This document shows, one piece after another, positions 39,144 through 48,817 of a stretch of 64,000 nt of DNA (its first letter is position 1; every line of letters starts with the position of its first letter). The DNA comes from Candidatus Caccoplasma merdavium. Lineage in GTDB: Bacteria > Bacteroidota > Bacteroidia > Bacteroidales > UBA11471. A model generated the notes under the pieces. That model was not told the DNA's origin. It saw only the letters and a program-made list of their open reading frames with translations, and did no database searches. The stretch lies in contig DVLI01000026.1 in the NCBI GenBank assembly GCA_018715595.1, positions 870 through 64,869 of the forward strand, in the 5' to 3' direction. The position numbers and the translations under genes were made by a program.

Positions 39144-39355
39144 AGGTCCAGGTAATTTTTATGGGTGCAATATTACAAAAAAAGAATCAAAAATTTCTTT
39201 TTGCGTCCCCTCAGTTTTGAATGAATTTTTGCGAGTCGGAGATAAGGCAATGTGAAATTCCTGCACGGTACTCCTTTTGGGAAAATATCGTTAAAATATC
39301 GCTTCTCGTTTGGACAGGCCGAGGAAAGGAGCTATCTTTACTCAAAACTGTTCCT

Positions 39356-40777
39356 ATGTATAACGACAAATGGTGGAGGGGCCTTTGCGCCCTGGGTATT
39401 ATCGCGGCACCTCATATCGATGCCGAAGCACAGAATCCAGCCGGGAATCCCCTCGGCGGTAATGGTGAAAAACCCAATATCATCTTTATCTTGGCCGATG
39501 ATTTGGGATATGGCGACCTTTCATGTTATGGAAACCGGCATGTCGAGACGCCACACATCGATGGCTTGGCCGAGACCGGGACCCGATTTACCCAGTGTTA
39601 TGCCGGCTCGGCCGTGAGCTCGCCATCGCGTTGTTCCCTCATGACCGGGCGCAACACGGGCAATACCACGATTCGCGACAATTTTGCCCAAGCCGGCGGC
39701 ATCGAAGGAAAGAAGGGCGAGCAGACGATCCGTCGCATGCACCTGCTTCCCAACGATACCACCATTGCGGCCGTATTGGGCGCCGGCGGCTATCGCACCT
39801 GCTTGGTAAACAAGTGGCATCTCGATGGCTTCAATCCCGAAGCGACGCCGCTAAACCGTGGTTTCGACGAGTTTTACGGTTGGCTCATCAGCACCTCATA
39901 TTCCAACGATCCCTACTATTATCCCTATTGGCGGTTCGACAACGAACGATTGGGGCATATCGAGGAAAATGCCGATGGGCGTCACCTCCGTCACAATACC
40001 GATATTTCGACCGACGATGCCATCGCTTTCATTCATCGCAACCGGGAGAATCCGTTCTTCCTCTATCTGGCCTATGATGCTCCGCACGAGCCCTACAACA
40101 TCGACGATACCCATTGGTACGACGACGAGAGTTGGGACCCCAATACCAAACGCTACGCATCGCTCATTACCCACATGGACAAGGCCATAGGCCGTCTCCT
40201 TGCCGAGCTCGATAGCCTGGGCTTGCGGGAAAACACGCTCGTCATCTTTGCCTCGGACAATGGCGCCGCCAAGCAGGCCCCGCTTGCCGTTGTGGAGTGC
40301 AACGGCAATCTGAGAGGCATCAAAGGCCAACTTTACGAGGGTGGCATACGCGTGCCTTTTATTGTGAACTGGCCGGGGCATGTGCCCGTGCGGCAACTCG
40401 ACAACTTGATATACTTCCCCGACGTCATGCCTACCTTGGCCGCTGTGGCGGGAGCCAGCGAATACCTGCCGTCGCGACGCGACGGCATCGACCTGTGGCC
40501 GTTGATACTGGGAGGACAACTCGATACCGACGACCGGTTGCTCTACTGGGAGTTCCCCGGCAAGCAACGCGCTGCACGTCGCGGCGATTGGAAAGCCGTG
40601 AGTGTGAAGAAAAATGCCCCGCTCGAACTTTACAACATTCGGGAGGACGAGACCGAGTCGAACAATCTGGCCGATAAGTACCCCGAGAAGGTGGCCGAAT
40701 TTGAACGGCAGATGCAACAGGCACGCACCCCGTCGCCTTATTGGCCTTTACCCGGAGAACAACCCGCCAAGGAGTAG
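39356..40777 (+). CDS. Ser-type sulfatase (arylsulfatase family), secreted
   Basis: The start is set at MYNDKWWRGLCALGIIAAP (signal peptide). It has the metal site ILADDLGYGD. The formylglycine motif reads S-S-P-S-R-C-S-L-M-T-G-R, so Ser rather than Cys is the modified residue. Confidence 0.88.
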   Translation: MYNDKWWRGLCALGIIAAPHIDAEAQNPAGNPLGGNGEKPNIIFILADDLGYGDLSCYGNRHVETPHIDGLAETGTRFTQCYAGSAVSSPSRCSLMTGRNTGNTTIRDNFAQAGGIEGKKGEQTIRRMHLLPNDTTIAAVLGAGGYRTCLVNKWHLDGFNPEATPLNRGFDEFYGWLISTSYSNDPYYYPYWRFDNERLGHIEENADGRHLRHNTDISTDDAIAFIHRNRENPFFLYLAYDAPHEPYNIDDTHWYDDESWDPNTKRYASLITHMDKAIGRLLAELDSLGLRENTLVIFASDNGAAKQAPLAVVECNGNLRGIKGQLYEGGIRVPFIVNWPGHVPVRQLDNLIYFPDVMPTLAAVAGASEYLPSRRDGIDLWPLILGGQLDTDDRLLYWEFPGKQRAARRGDWKAVSVKKNAPLELYNIREDETESNNLADKYPEKVAEFERQMQQARTPSPYWPLPGEQPAKE

Positions 40778-40783
40778 TGCCGC

Positions 40784-42040
40784 ATGTCGCTTTGTCGCCC
40801 TTTTGCCCGTCCGCTTTATGTGATGTTGAAACCGGCAGGTGCCCGTTGCAACTTGGCCTGCTCATACTGTTACTATACCGGGAAAGACTCGCTCTACGAT
40901 GAGAAGACGCCTCATTGTATCTCTGATGATTTGCTCGAACGCTTCACCCGCGAATACATCGAGTCTCAGACACAGCGTGAAATTCTTTTTACCTGGCATG
41001 GGGGCGAACCGCTTCTGCGGCCGTTGTCGTTCTACCGCAAAGCCGTGGCTTTGCAACGCCGATATGCCCGAGGACGGGTGATTGATAATTGCATACAGAC
41101 AAACGGGACCCTGCTCACCAACGACTGGTGTCGCTTCTTCAAGGAGCAGGGGTGGCTGGTCGGCATCTCCATCGACGGTCCCCGGCGTTTCCATGACGCC
41201 TGCCGCTGCAATCATCGGGGAGAACCCTCGTTCGCTCAGGTGATGCGAGGCATCGAGCTTTTGAACAAGCACGGAGTGGAATGGAATGCCATGGCCGTTG
41301 TCAATAGACTCAATGCCGATTATCCGTTGGAGTTTTATCGTTTCTTCAAGGAGATAGGGTGCAGATACATACAGTTTGCGCCCGTTGTGGAGCGAATCAA
41401 ATCCACCCCGCACGGTCTTGCTTTGGCCCATGTGGGAGAAGCCGACGGTTGTGCCTTGACCCCACTTTCGGTGACGCCCCGGCAATGGGGCGATTTCCTG
41501 TGCGCCCTTTTCGACGAGTGGGTGCGAGCCGATGTGGGGCAGTATTTCATTCAGCATTTCGATGCCACCTTGGCCAACTGGGTGGGTGAACCGCCCGGCG
41601 TTTGCACGCTTTCTTCCTCGTGCGGACATGCGGCCGTGATGGAGTGGAACGGAGATGTCTATGCCTGCGACCATTTCGTTTTCCCTGCCTACAAGCGCGG
41701 AAACATAACTACCCATACTCTGGTGGAGATGCTCTATGGGGAGGAACAGTTGCAATTCGGTCGGGACAAAACCGGAACGCTGCCGGCACAATGCCGTTCT
41801 TGCCGATACCTTTTTGCCTGTCACGGCGAATGCCCGAAGAATCGTTTTGTGCGCACTTCATCGGGAGAGCCGGGGTTGAATTATCTCTGTGACGGATATT
41901 TCCGGTTTTTCGAACATGTGGCACCCTATATGAATTTCATGCGTGACGAACTGTTGGCCGGGAGAGCACCGGCCGGGGTCATGCGGGTTGTCGACAAGAT
42001 AGACCGTGCAACGGGAAGCAGCCGTGATGAAATAGCATGA
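40784..42040 (+). CDS. Anaerobic sulfatase-maturating enzyme (radical SAM/SPASM)
   Basis: It has the radical-SAM cluster CNLACSYCY. SPASM-type auxiliary Cys motifs are present (CGHAAVMEWNGDVYACDHF and CRSCRYLFACHGECPKNR). It starts 6 nt after the sulfatase stop. Confidence 0.9.
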   Translation: MSLCRPFARPLYVMLKPAGARCNLACSYCYYTGKDSLYDEKTPHCISDDLLERFTREYIESQTQREILFTWHGGEPLLRPLSFYRKAVALQRRYARGRVIDNCIQTNGTLLTNDWCRFFKEQGWLVGISIDGPRRFHDACRCNHRGEPSFAQVMRGIELLNKHGVEWNAMAVVNRLNADYPLEFYRFFKEIGCRYIQFAPVVERIKSTPHGLALAHVGEADGCALTPLSVTPRQWGDFLCALFDEWVRADVGQYFIQHFDATLANWVGEPPGVCTLSSSCGHAAVMEWNGDVYACDHFVFPAYKRGNITTHTLVEMLYGEEQLQFGRDKTGTLPAQCRSCRYLFACHGECPKNRFVRTSSGEPGLNYLCDGYFRFFEHVAPYMNFMRDELLAGRAPAGVMRVVDKIDRATGSSRDEIA

Positions 42041-42053
42041 ACAAACCCGACAA

Positions 42054-42599
42054 ATGAAAAACAGTGAAAATGTCATACGGATACGCCCCTACACGTCACC
42101 TTGCGGGACGTTGCTGTTGGGAAGCTATCACGACAGCCTTTGCCTGTGCGACTGGGTCGAAAGTCGACACCCCGGCCGCACGCGGCGGCGTTTGCAGTCG
42201 TTGCTTGGTGCTGAATGTGTCGAGGCCGACTCGCATGTCTTGCGTGAGGCCGCCCGCCAGCTCGATGATTATTTTGCACATGGACGCACCCGTTTCGACC
42301 TCCCACTTCTTTGGGTCGGAAGTGATTTCCAGAAAAAGGTATGGCAGGCTCTGCTCGGAATACCTTACGGGCAGACAATCTCATATAAGGAACTTGCCAT
42401 CGGCATCGGAGCCCCCTCTGCCGTGCGTGCTGTGGCCAATGCCAACGGAGCCAATGCCCTCTCTATCATCGTCCCTTGCCACCGCGTCGTCGGAGCCGAC
42501 CATTCCCTCACCGGATATGCCGGTGGCCTCGCCGCCAAAAAATTTTTATTGAAATGGGAGCAAAACGGGGAACCCGGAGCGTTTGGGACGGTTTTATAA
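42054..42599 (+). CDS. ogt: Methylated-DNA--protein-cysteine methyltransferase
   Basis: It has the active site IVPCHRVV and the preceding IPYGQTISYKELA motif. Confidence 0.9.
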   Translation: MKNSENVIRIRPYTSPCGTLLLGSYHDSLCLCDWVESRHPGRTRRRLQSLLGAECVEADSHVLREAARQLDDYFAHGRTRFDLPLLWVGSDFQKKVWQALLGIPYGQTISYKELAIGIGAPSAVRAVANANGANALSIIVPCHRVVGADHSLTGYAGGLAAKKFLLKWEQNGEPGAFGTVL

Positions 42600-42660
42600 A
42601 TGCACCTTTTTCTCAAATCAGAAAAAATGGCTACCTTTGTCAGGTAAAAGAGAGAAGAAT

Positions 42661-43362
42661 ATGCCCGTAATACTTAACATAGAAACATCGACCGATGTCT
42701 GCTCTACCGCCTTGACTTGCGACGGAGAGGTCCTGTTCAATCGGGAAAATTACAAAAGCATGTCGCACGCCTCGTCGTTGGGCGGGTATGTGCAGGAAGC
42801 CTTGTCCGAGGCCAAAAGTCGGCATCTGACTCTCGATGCTGTTGCCGTGAGCCGGGGGCCCGGTTCCTATACCGGCCTGCGCATCGGCGTTTCCGAGGCC
42901 AAGGGGCTCTGTTTCGGTCTCGATGTTCCCCTCATCGCCGTCGACACGCTGGCGGTGATGGCATGTGCCGTTATGTTTAGAAAGAATATCGACGAAACGG
43001 CTTTGCTTTGCCCCATGATCGATGCCCGTCGCATGGAGGTCTATTCGGCCGTGTATGACCGGGCATTGAATCCCGTCAAGCCGGTATCGGCCGAAATTAT
43101 CGATGCAAATTCCTATGCCGATATTCTGGCCGAGCGACCCGTCCTGTTTTTTGGCAACGGAGCCGAAAAGTGCCGCGACGTCATTGTCGGGGAACATGCC
43201 CATTTCATCGACGGCATACACCCCTTGGCGTCTGATATGTTGGCTCTTTCGGAGATGGCTTTCCGGCAGTCTCGTTTTGAGAATGTGGCCTATTTCGAGC
43301 CCTTCTATCTCAAAGAGTTTGTCGCCACGAAACCTAAAAATAAAGTCCTTTCAAACGAATAA
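42661..43362 (+). CDS. tsaB: tRNA threonylcarbamoyladenosine biosynthesis protein TsaB
   Basis: The start is at MPVILNIETSTDVCS. It carries the GPGSYTGLRIG motif. 233 aa. Confidence 0.85.
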   Translation: MPVILNIETSTDVCSTALTCDGEVLFNRENYKSMSHASSLGGYVQEALSEAKSRHLTLDAVAVSRGPGSYTGLRIGVSEAKGLCFGLDVPLIAVDTLAVMACAVMFRKNIDETALLCPMIDARRMEVYSAVYDRALNPVKPVSAEIIDANSYADILAERPVLFFGNGAEKCRDVIVGEHAHFIDGIHPLASDMLALSEMAFRQSRFENVAYFEPFYLKEFVATKPKNKVLSNE

Positions 43363-43371
43363 TCCCTTCTC

Positions 43372-43986
43372 ATGGAACAAGAAGATTTGCTCGCATACAA
43401 TACCCAAAAGAAAAAAATGGTCCTTCCCGAGTATGGACGTAACGTGCATCGCATGATTGAGTATTGCATGAGTCTCGAAGACCGAGACGAACGTACCCGT
43501 TGTGCCAATGCGATTGTGAACATCATGGGAAACCTCTTTCCCCATTTGCGCGACATCGACGATTTCAAGCACAAGTTGTGGGACCACTTGGCCATCATGT
43601 CCGATTTCAAACTCGACATCGATTATCCCTATGAGGTTATTCGCCAGGAGAAGCTTCACGACAAGCCCGAGAACGTGCCATACACCACCGGCAACATGCG
43701 CTATCGTCATTACGGCAAGTTGCTCGAACTGATGCTGCAAAAGTGGCAGGAAATGCCCGAGGGAGAGGAGAAAGACCAGTTGATCGTCTACTTGGCCAAT
43801 CACATGAAAAAAGCGCTCACTTCGTGGAACAAGGAGGCCGTCGATGATGAGAAAATCCTCAAAGACATCTTGGAATATACCCACCATGAAGTGCCGCTTA
43901 CCTTGGAACAACTTCACCTCAAAGAGGTACCCAAGGAAAATGTGCAGAGAAAAAATAAAAATAACGGAAGAAAAGCGGGACGATAA
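43372..43986 (+). CDS. DUF4290-like conserved hypothetical protein
   Basis: 204 aa. The motif PEYGRNVHRMIEY resembles the family found upstream of murA in Bacteroidetes (recalled, not searched). Confidence 0.6.
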   Translation: MEQEDLLAYNTQKKKMVLPEYGRNVHRMIEYCMSLEDRDERTRCANAIVNIMGNLFPHLRDIDDFKHKLWDHLAIMSDFKLDIDYPYEVIRQEKLHDKPENVPYTTGNMRYRHYGKLLELMLQKWQEMPEGEEKDQLIVYLANHMKKALTSWNKEAVDDEKILKDILEYTHHEVPLTLEQLHLKEVPKENVQRKNKNNGRKAGR

Positions 43987-44022
43987 CCGCTTTTTTTGTA
44001 TATTGAGCAAAAATTCTCTCAC

Positions 44023-45330
44023 ATGGCATCATTCGTTATAGAAGGCGGCCGCCGCATGCACGGCGAGCTGATACCGCAAGGCGCTAAAAACGAAGCCTTG
44101 CAGATATTGTGTGCTACGTTGCTCACCCCCGAGGCCGTAGAAGTGTATAACCTGCCCGACATTCTCGATGTCAACAACCTCATACAACTTCTCCGGGACT
44201 TGGGCGTGGAGACCACCAAGATAGGGGAGGGAGCCTATCGTTTCAAGGCCGAGAATATCGACTTGAATTATCTGCAAACGCCCCAGTTCCTCAAACAGAG
44301 CGCTTCGCTGCGCGGTTCGGTGATGATTGTGGGCCCGTTGGTAGCCCGTTTCGGGAAAGCCGTAATTGCCAAACCCGGTGGAGACAAAATCGGTCGCCGG
44401 CGTCTCGATACCCACTTCCTGGGAATTCAGAAATTGGGCGCCGAGTTTTCTTACAATCCCCAAAAACAGATTTATGAAATATCGGCCAAGGAACTCATCG
44501 GTACCTATATGTTGCTCGATGAGGCATCGGTCACCGGCACGGCCAATATCTTGATGGCGGCAGTGCTGGCCAAAGGGAAGACCACAATATACAATGCGGC
44601 TTGCGAGCCTTACCTGCAACAGCTCTCGAAGATGCTCAATGCCATGGGAGCCCACATATCGGGTATCGGTTCGAATCTGCTCGAAATCGAAGGCGTCGAG
44701 TCGCTCGGCGGTTGCAAACACACCATCTTGCCCGACATGATAGAGATAGGTTCCTTCATCGGCATGGCAGCCATGACCGGCTCCGACATACGTCTCAAAA
44801 ATGTATCGGTCAAGGATTTGGGTATCATACCCGACAGTTTCCGCCGACTTGGCATTCGTGTCGAGCAAGAAGGCGATGACCTTTACATACCGCAACAAGA
44901 CAGTTACGAAATAGAAACCTTCATCGACGGCTCCATCATGACCTTTGCCGATGCCCCCTGGCCGGGTCTTACGCCCGACCTCCTCAGTGTGTTCCTCGTG
45001 GTGGCCACGCAGGCCAAGGGCAGCGTGCTGATACACCAGAAGATGTTCGAGAGCCGCCTTTTCTTTGTCGACAAACTCATCGACATGGGGGCACAAATCA
45101 TTCTCTGCGATCCGCACCGTGCGGCCGTCATCGGCCAGGCCAAAGCCTATCCTTTGCGGGCTGCTTCCATGGTGTCGCCCGACATTCGTGCGGGCATTGC
45201 CCTGCTCATCGCCGCCATGTCGGCCGAGGGTACCAGCACGATACACAATATCGACCAAATCGACCGAGGATACCAGCGCATCGACCTGCGGCTCAACGCC
45301 ATAGGCGCTTCCATCACCCGTCAGTCCTGA
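44023..45330 (+). CDS. murA: UDP-N-acetylglucosamine 1-carboxyvinyltransferase
   Basis: The start is at MASFVIEGG. The active-site loop KPGGDKIGRRRLDTH has Asp where E. coli has Cys115. 435 aa. Confidence 0.92.
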   Translation: MASFVIEGGRRMHGELIPQGAKNEALQILCATLLTPEAVEVYNLPDILDVNNLIQLLRDLGVETTKIGEGAYRFKAENIDLNYLQTPQFLKQSASLRGSVMIVGPLVARFGKAVIAKPGGDKIGRRRLDTHFLGIQKLGAEFSYNPQKQIYEISAKELIGTYMLLDEASVTGTANILMAAVLAKGKTTIYNAACEPYLQQLSKMLNAMGAHISGIGSNLLEIEGVESLGGCKHTILPDMIEIGSFIGMAAMTGSDIRLKNVSVKDLGIIPDSFRRLGIRVEQEGDDLYIPQQDSYEIETFIDGSIMTFADAPWPGLTPDLLSVFLVVATQAKGSVLIHQKMFESRLFFVDKLIDMGAQIILCDPHRAAVIGQAKAYPLRAASMVSPDIRAGIALLIAAMSAEGTSTIHNIDQIDRGYQRIDLRLNAIGASITRQS

Positions 45331-45334
45331 AAAT

Positions 45335-45862
45335 ATGATTCAACGCGACGAACTTATCAAAATAGGCACCTTCAACAAGCCTCACGGGGTGCAAGGCGAG
45401 TTGGCCTTCACGTTTACCGACGACATTTTCGACCGTTGCGAATCGCCCTATGTCGTGTGCGAAATCGACGGGATATTCGTGCCTTTCTTTATCGAAGAGT
45501 ATCGGTTCAGGAGCGATACAACGGCCCTCATGAAACTCGAAGATGTCGATAGCGAAGAAGAGGCACGCCCCTTTACCAATCTCGATGTTTACTATCCAAA
45601 GGCTTATATCACGAACGATGAAGATGGCGGATTGTCGGCACCGGGAGATTTCTTCCTTCACTTCTCGGTTTATGATACCGAGAAAGGCTTTTTGGGACAT
45701 ATTGTCGATGTCGATATGTCGACGGCCAATGTGCTCTTTGTCGTGGAGCGGGAGAAAGGCGGAGAATTGTTGATTCCCGCTATCGATGATTGGGTCGTTT
45801 CGGCTGATGAGCAGGAGAAGAAGTTGGTCATGAACATTCCCGAAGGACTGCTCGACCTCTGA
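45335..45862 (+). CDS. rimM: Ribosome maturation factor RimM
   Basis: It has IGTFNKPHGVQGEL at the N-terminus and a PRC-barrel-like C-terminal half. 175 aa. Confidence 0.85.
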   Translation: MIQRDELIKIGTFNKPHGVQGELAFTFTDDIFDRCESPYVVCEIDGIFVPFFIEEYRFRSDTTALMKLEDVDSEEEARPFTNLDVYYPKAYITNDEDGGLSAPGDFFLHFSVYDTEKGFLGHIVDVDMSTANVLFVVEREKGGELLIPAIDDWVVSADEQEKKLVMNIPEGLLDL

Positions 45863-45996
45863 CGTAATGTGTCGGAGAATTTTTTTCGATAAAGATAAGT
45901 CGTTGATGTCGAATGAGTACCGATGCGCGACAAATGCCTGTGTCAAGATTTTCCATAAAAAACGGCAAAGAGAAACGCAGATAAAAATAAAATTCG

Positions 45997-46004
45997 TATA
46001 TTTG
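45997..46004 (+). promoter_or_regulatory. -7 promoter box TAtaTTTG for tRNA-Ser
   Basis: Exact TAnnTTTG match, 25 nt upstream of the mature tRNA 5' end. Confidence 0.55.
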
Positions 46005-46029
46005 CACTCGATTTTGAGAAAACCACTTT

Positions 46030-46117
46030 GGAGTGATGCTCGAGTGGTTGAAGAGGCACGCCTGGAAAGCGTGTAATCGGCAAAACCGGTTCGGGGGTTC
46101 GAATCCCCCTCACTCCG
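46030..46117 (+). tRNA. tRNA-Ser (anticodon GGA)
   Basis: The acceptor stem pairs GGAGTGA with TCACTCC. The anticodon stem pairs CACGC with GCGTG, with loop CTGGAAA. It has a long variable arm and a T-arm GGGGG-TTCGAAT-CCCCC. CCA is not encoded. Confidence 0.93.
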
Positions 46118-46118
46118 C

Positions 46119-46162
46119 AAGCAGTGTCGGTAATCATCAATGATTACCGACACTGCTTTTTT
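46119..46162 (+). terminator. Rho-independent terminator after tRNA-Ser
   Basis: gcagtgtcggtaatca pairs with tgattaccgacactgc in a perfect 16-bp stem with a 4-nt loop. T6 follows. Confidence 0.85.
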
Positions 46163-46490
46163 ATACCCTTCTGATGGAGAGATTTTTCGAGGTATCGGTA
46201 AAGCATCGGGCGTATGGGGAATCCTTTTATAAGATATGATACCTCTCTGTCCGGTGTTGAAGCTCTCTATTCTTTTCTGCGAGTTGAGCTTTTATTCCCA
46301 TTGGACTCGGCTTCGAATACCTGTGCGATTTGTGCGTGCATTCCGTTCCCGGGAATGAGTTCCGTCGTTTCCTTTTTCGACAGGGAAGTCTTCGATGTGC
46401 TTTGCTGAATCCATGCGTCGAAAACTGAGTTTCTCTTTGTCTCTGCTTCGGCTTTTTCGTATCTTTGCCAACGATTTAGGTCGATAGGTT

Positions 46491-48746
46491 ATGATAAGAA
46501 ACATATTCTCTCTTGTTTTCGTTCTTGTTTATGTATCGAAGGCGTTGGACGTTTGTGCCTATGATTTCGAGAGCGATGACATTTATTATACGATAAAGAA
46601 TACAAGGCAGGTTGAGGTTGCAATTCCTCCACACGAGTCTGCATATAGTGGAGAGGTGGTCATTCCGGCTTCGGTTGTGTACGAAGGAAAAAGCTATGCG
46701 GTGACAGCCATTGCCAGACATGCTTTCCAAGGGTGTTCACGACTTGCCTCACTTACGGTTCCGGCCTCTGTGGTTGAAATCGGCGATTCGGCCTTTTTTG
46801 CTTGTTCCGCCCTCAAATATTTGGTGTTGGAAGATGGCGACAAACCGCTTCGTGTGGGCTGCAACAGTTATCAAGGTATTGCGGCCGGAGAGGCCATCTT
46901 CAACGATTGTCCGCTCGAAACCCTCTATCTCGGGAGAGAATTGCAGTATGAAGGTGGATTTTTTTACGGCTATTCGCCCTTTTACAAGAAAAGACATCTC
47001 TCGTTGGTGATAATCGGCGAGGGCGTGCGCCGGTTGGAAAACCGGGCTTTCTACGGTTGTGAGGATTTGACTTCGATAACCCTGGGCGGTCGGGTGGCTT
47101 CGATAGGCAATTACGCTTTTTACGCCTGCAAGTCGCTCAAAGAACTGGTGATAAAAGAGGGGGAGGTCCCACTTGAAATCGGCACCAACGGGACGGGTAA
47201 AAATTTCCTGAGTGACGCCCCGGTGGAAGTCCTTTATTTGGGACGGGACTTGCAATATCCCGAGAGTGTGGGGCAGATATACAATCCCTTTTTTCAGAAA
47301 GAGACGCTGCGCACCGTCACGATAGGCGAGGCGGTGAGAGAGATTCCCTCTTCGGCTTTCCAGGGGTGTCGTTCCATTGTTTCGTTCACGGTGGGGAGCC
47401 GAGTCGAGCGCATTGGCAATTATGCCTTTTCGGGTTGTAAATCTCTGCGTGAACTTTTTATCAAGGATGGCGATTCGACCCTGTTGCTGGGCGTGAATCT
47501 CCATACCACATCGAGAAAGGGCGAAGGGCTCTTCTTCGATTGTCCGCTCGAAACCCTCTATCTCGGGCGCACGCTCGACTATTCGACCAGTTATTTCGAC
47601 GGCTATGCCCCCTTTTACGACCAACAACGCTTGCAGTCGGTTGTCGTGGGCGAGCATGTCGTGTCGTTGGGCGACCGTCTTTTTTTCGGGTGTCATTCGT
47701 TGGCGCATGTGACGGTGGGCGGCTCTGTGGAGTTCATTGCCAATTATGTATTCAAGGAGTGTGCCGCTCTTACCGAAGTCGTGTTCCGAGACGGGGTGTT
47801 GCCCCTCTATGTGGGGTATAACAAATTCGCTTCCGATGGGATAGGGGAGCCGCTCTTCTCCGACAGCCCGTTGCACACGGTTTATTTGGGGCGGACCTTG
47901 TCTTATAACGTGAGCCGTTTCTATGGTTTCTCGCCTTTCTATCAGCAGGCGGCTCTTTCGTCGGTGACGTTGGGCGATTGTGTTACGCTCCTCCCGCAAA
48001 ATCTTTTTTACGATTGTACGTCACTCACCGAACTTTCCATTCCCGGCGGCGTGTCGGCTGTCGGCCATTCGGCATTCTCGGGTTGCACGGCGTTACGGAA
48101 ACTGGTGTTCAAAGATGGTACCGAACCGTTGGCGTTGGGATATAACCACTTTTCACAAGTCGGCGGGAAAAATCTTTTCCATGACACGGCGGTCGAGACT
48201 CTCTATTTGGGACGAGACGTGCAGTTTCTCTCCGGTATCGAGTATGGCGGGGCTCCTTTTTCATCGTTGAAGACATTGCGCCGTGTCGAGGTGGGGGCGA
48301 CTGTCACCACCATACCCGATGACCTCTTTGCCCGTTGCAGCCAGCTCGAAACTGTCACGATAGGAGGGCGTGTCGCGACAATCGGAAATCGTGCCTTCCA
48401 GGGGTGCCATAGCCTTTCGCGTCTGATTTTCAACGATGGAGACACGCCATTGTCGTTGGGTTGCGACCTGTATGAGCCGGCCGGTGTGGGTCATGCCCTT
48501 TTTTATGACAATCCCATTCGGGAGCTTTACCTCGGTCGCGAGTTGCGCTATCCCGAAACCATCTATTCGGGGTATGCCCCCTTTTACCGCAAGGAGACTT
48601 TATCCCAGGTGACCTTGGGTAAAGGCGTGACAACGGTAGGCCCCCGCCTTTTCTACGGGTGTGCGCAGTTGCGGCAACTCGTCGTCGAAGGTACCCTGAC
48701 GCACATCGGGGCGTATGCTTTTTACGGTTGTGGAGCAAAACCCTAA
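46491..48746 (+). CDS. BspA-type leucine-rich-repeat surface protein
   Basis: It has a signal peptide. Six super-repeats of ~105 aa each contain ...AFxGCxxLxxxTIGxxVxxIGNYAFxxCKSLKELVxKDG...LYLGRxLxY...GYAPFY... Confidence 0.85.
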   Translation: MIRNIFSLVFVLVYVSKALDVCAYDFESDDIYYTIKNTRQVEVAIPPHESAYSGEVVIPASVVYEGKSYAVTAIARHAFQGCSRLASLTVPASVVEIGDSAFFACSALKYLVLEDGDKPLRVGCNSYQGIAAGEAIFNDCPLETLYLGRELQYEGGFFYGYSPFYKKRHLSLVIIGEGVRRLENRAFYGCEDLTSITLGGRVASIGNYAFYACKSLKELVIKEGEVPLEIGTNGTGKNFLSDAPVEVLYLGRDLQYPESVGQIYNPFFQKETLRTVTIGEAVREIPSSAFQGCRSIVSFTVGSRVERIGNYAFSGCKSLRELFIKDGDSTLLLGVNLHTTSRKGEGLFFDCPLETLYLGRTLDYSTSYFDGYAPFYDQQRLQSVVVGEHVVSLGDRLFFGCHSLAHVTVGGSVEFIANYVFKECAALTEVVFRDGVLPLYVGYNKFASDGIGEPLFSDSPLHTVYLGRTLSYNVSRFYGFSPFYQQAALSSVTLGDCVTLLPQNLFYDCTSLTELSIPGGVSAVGHSAFSGCTALRKLVFKDGTEPLALGYNHFSQVGGKNLFHDTAVETLYLGRDVQFLSGIEYGGAPFSSLKTLRRVEVGATVTTIPDDLFARCSQLETVTIGGRVATIGNRAFQGCHSLSRLIFNDGDTPLSLGCDLYEPAGVGHALFYDNPIRELYLGRELRYPETIYSGYAPFYRKETLSQVTLGKGVTTVGPRLFYGCAQLRQLVVEGTLTHIGAYAFYGCGAKP

Positions 48747-48817
48747 TCTTGCTTGTTTTTTAAACTTATCGACCCCTTTTCTTGTTTGGGAAGAACAACC
48801 CCTAAATAAGAAAAGAA

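Noticed and set aside
45314-46153. A 279-aa minus-strand ORF covering rimM, the tRNA-Ser gene and its terminator.
   Set aside because: It overlaps a well-folded tRNA and the RimM coding frame. It has no recognisable motif.
46163-46490. A possible integrase remnant or att site downstream of tRNA-Ser. A 73-codon open frame on the minus strand (46267..46486) has no start codon.
   Set aside because: I recognise no integrase or recombinase motifs in any frame. No repeat of the tRNA 3' end is visible. The open frame lacks a start and a recognisable family.
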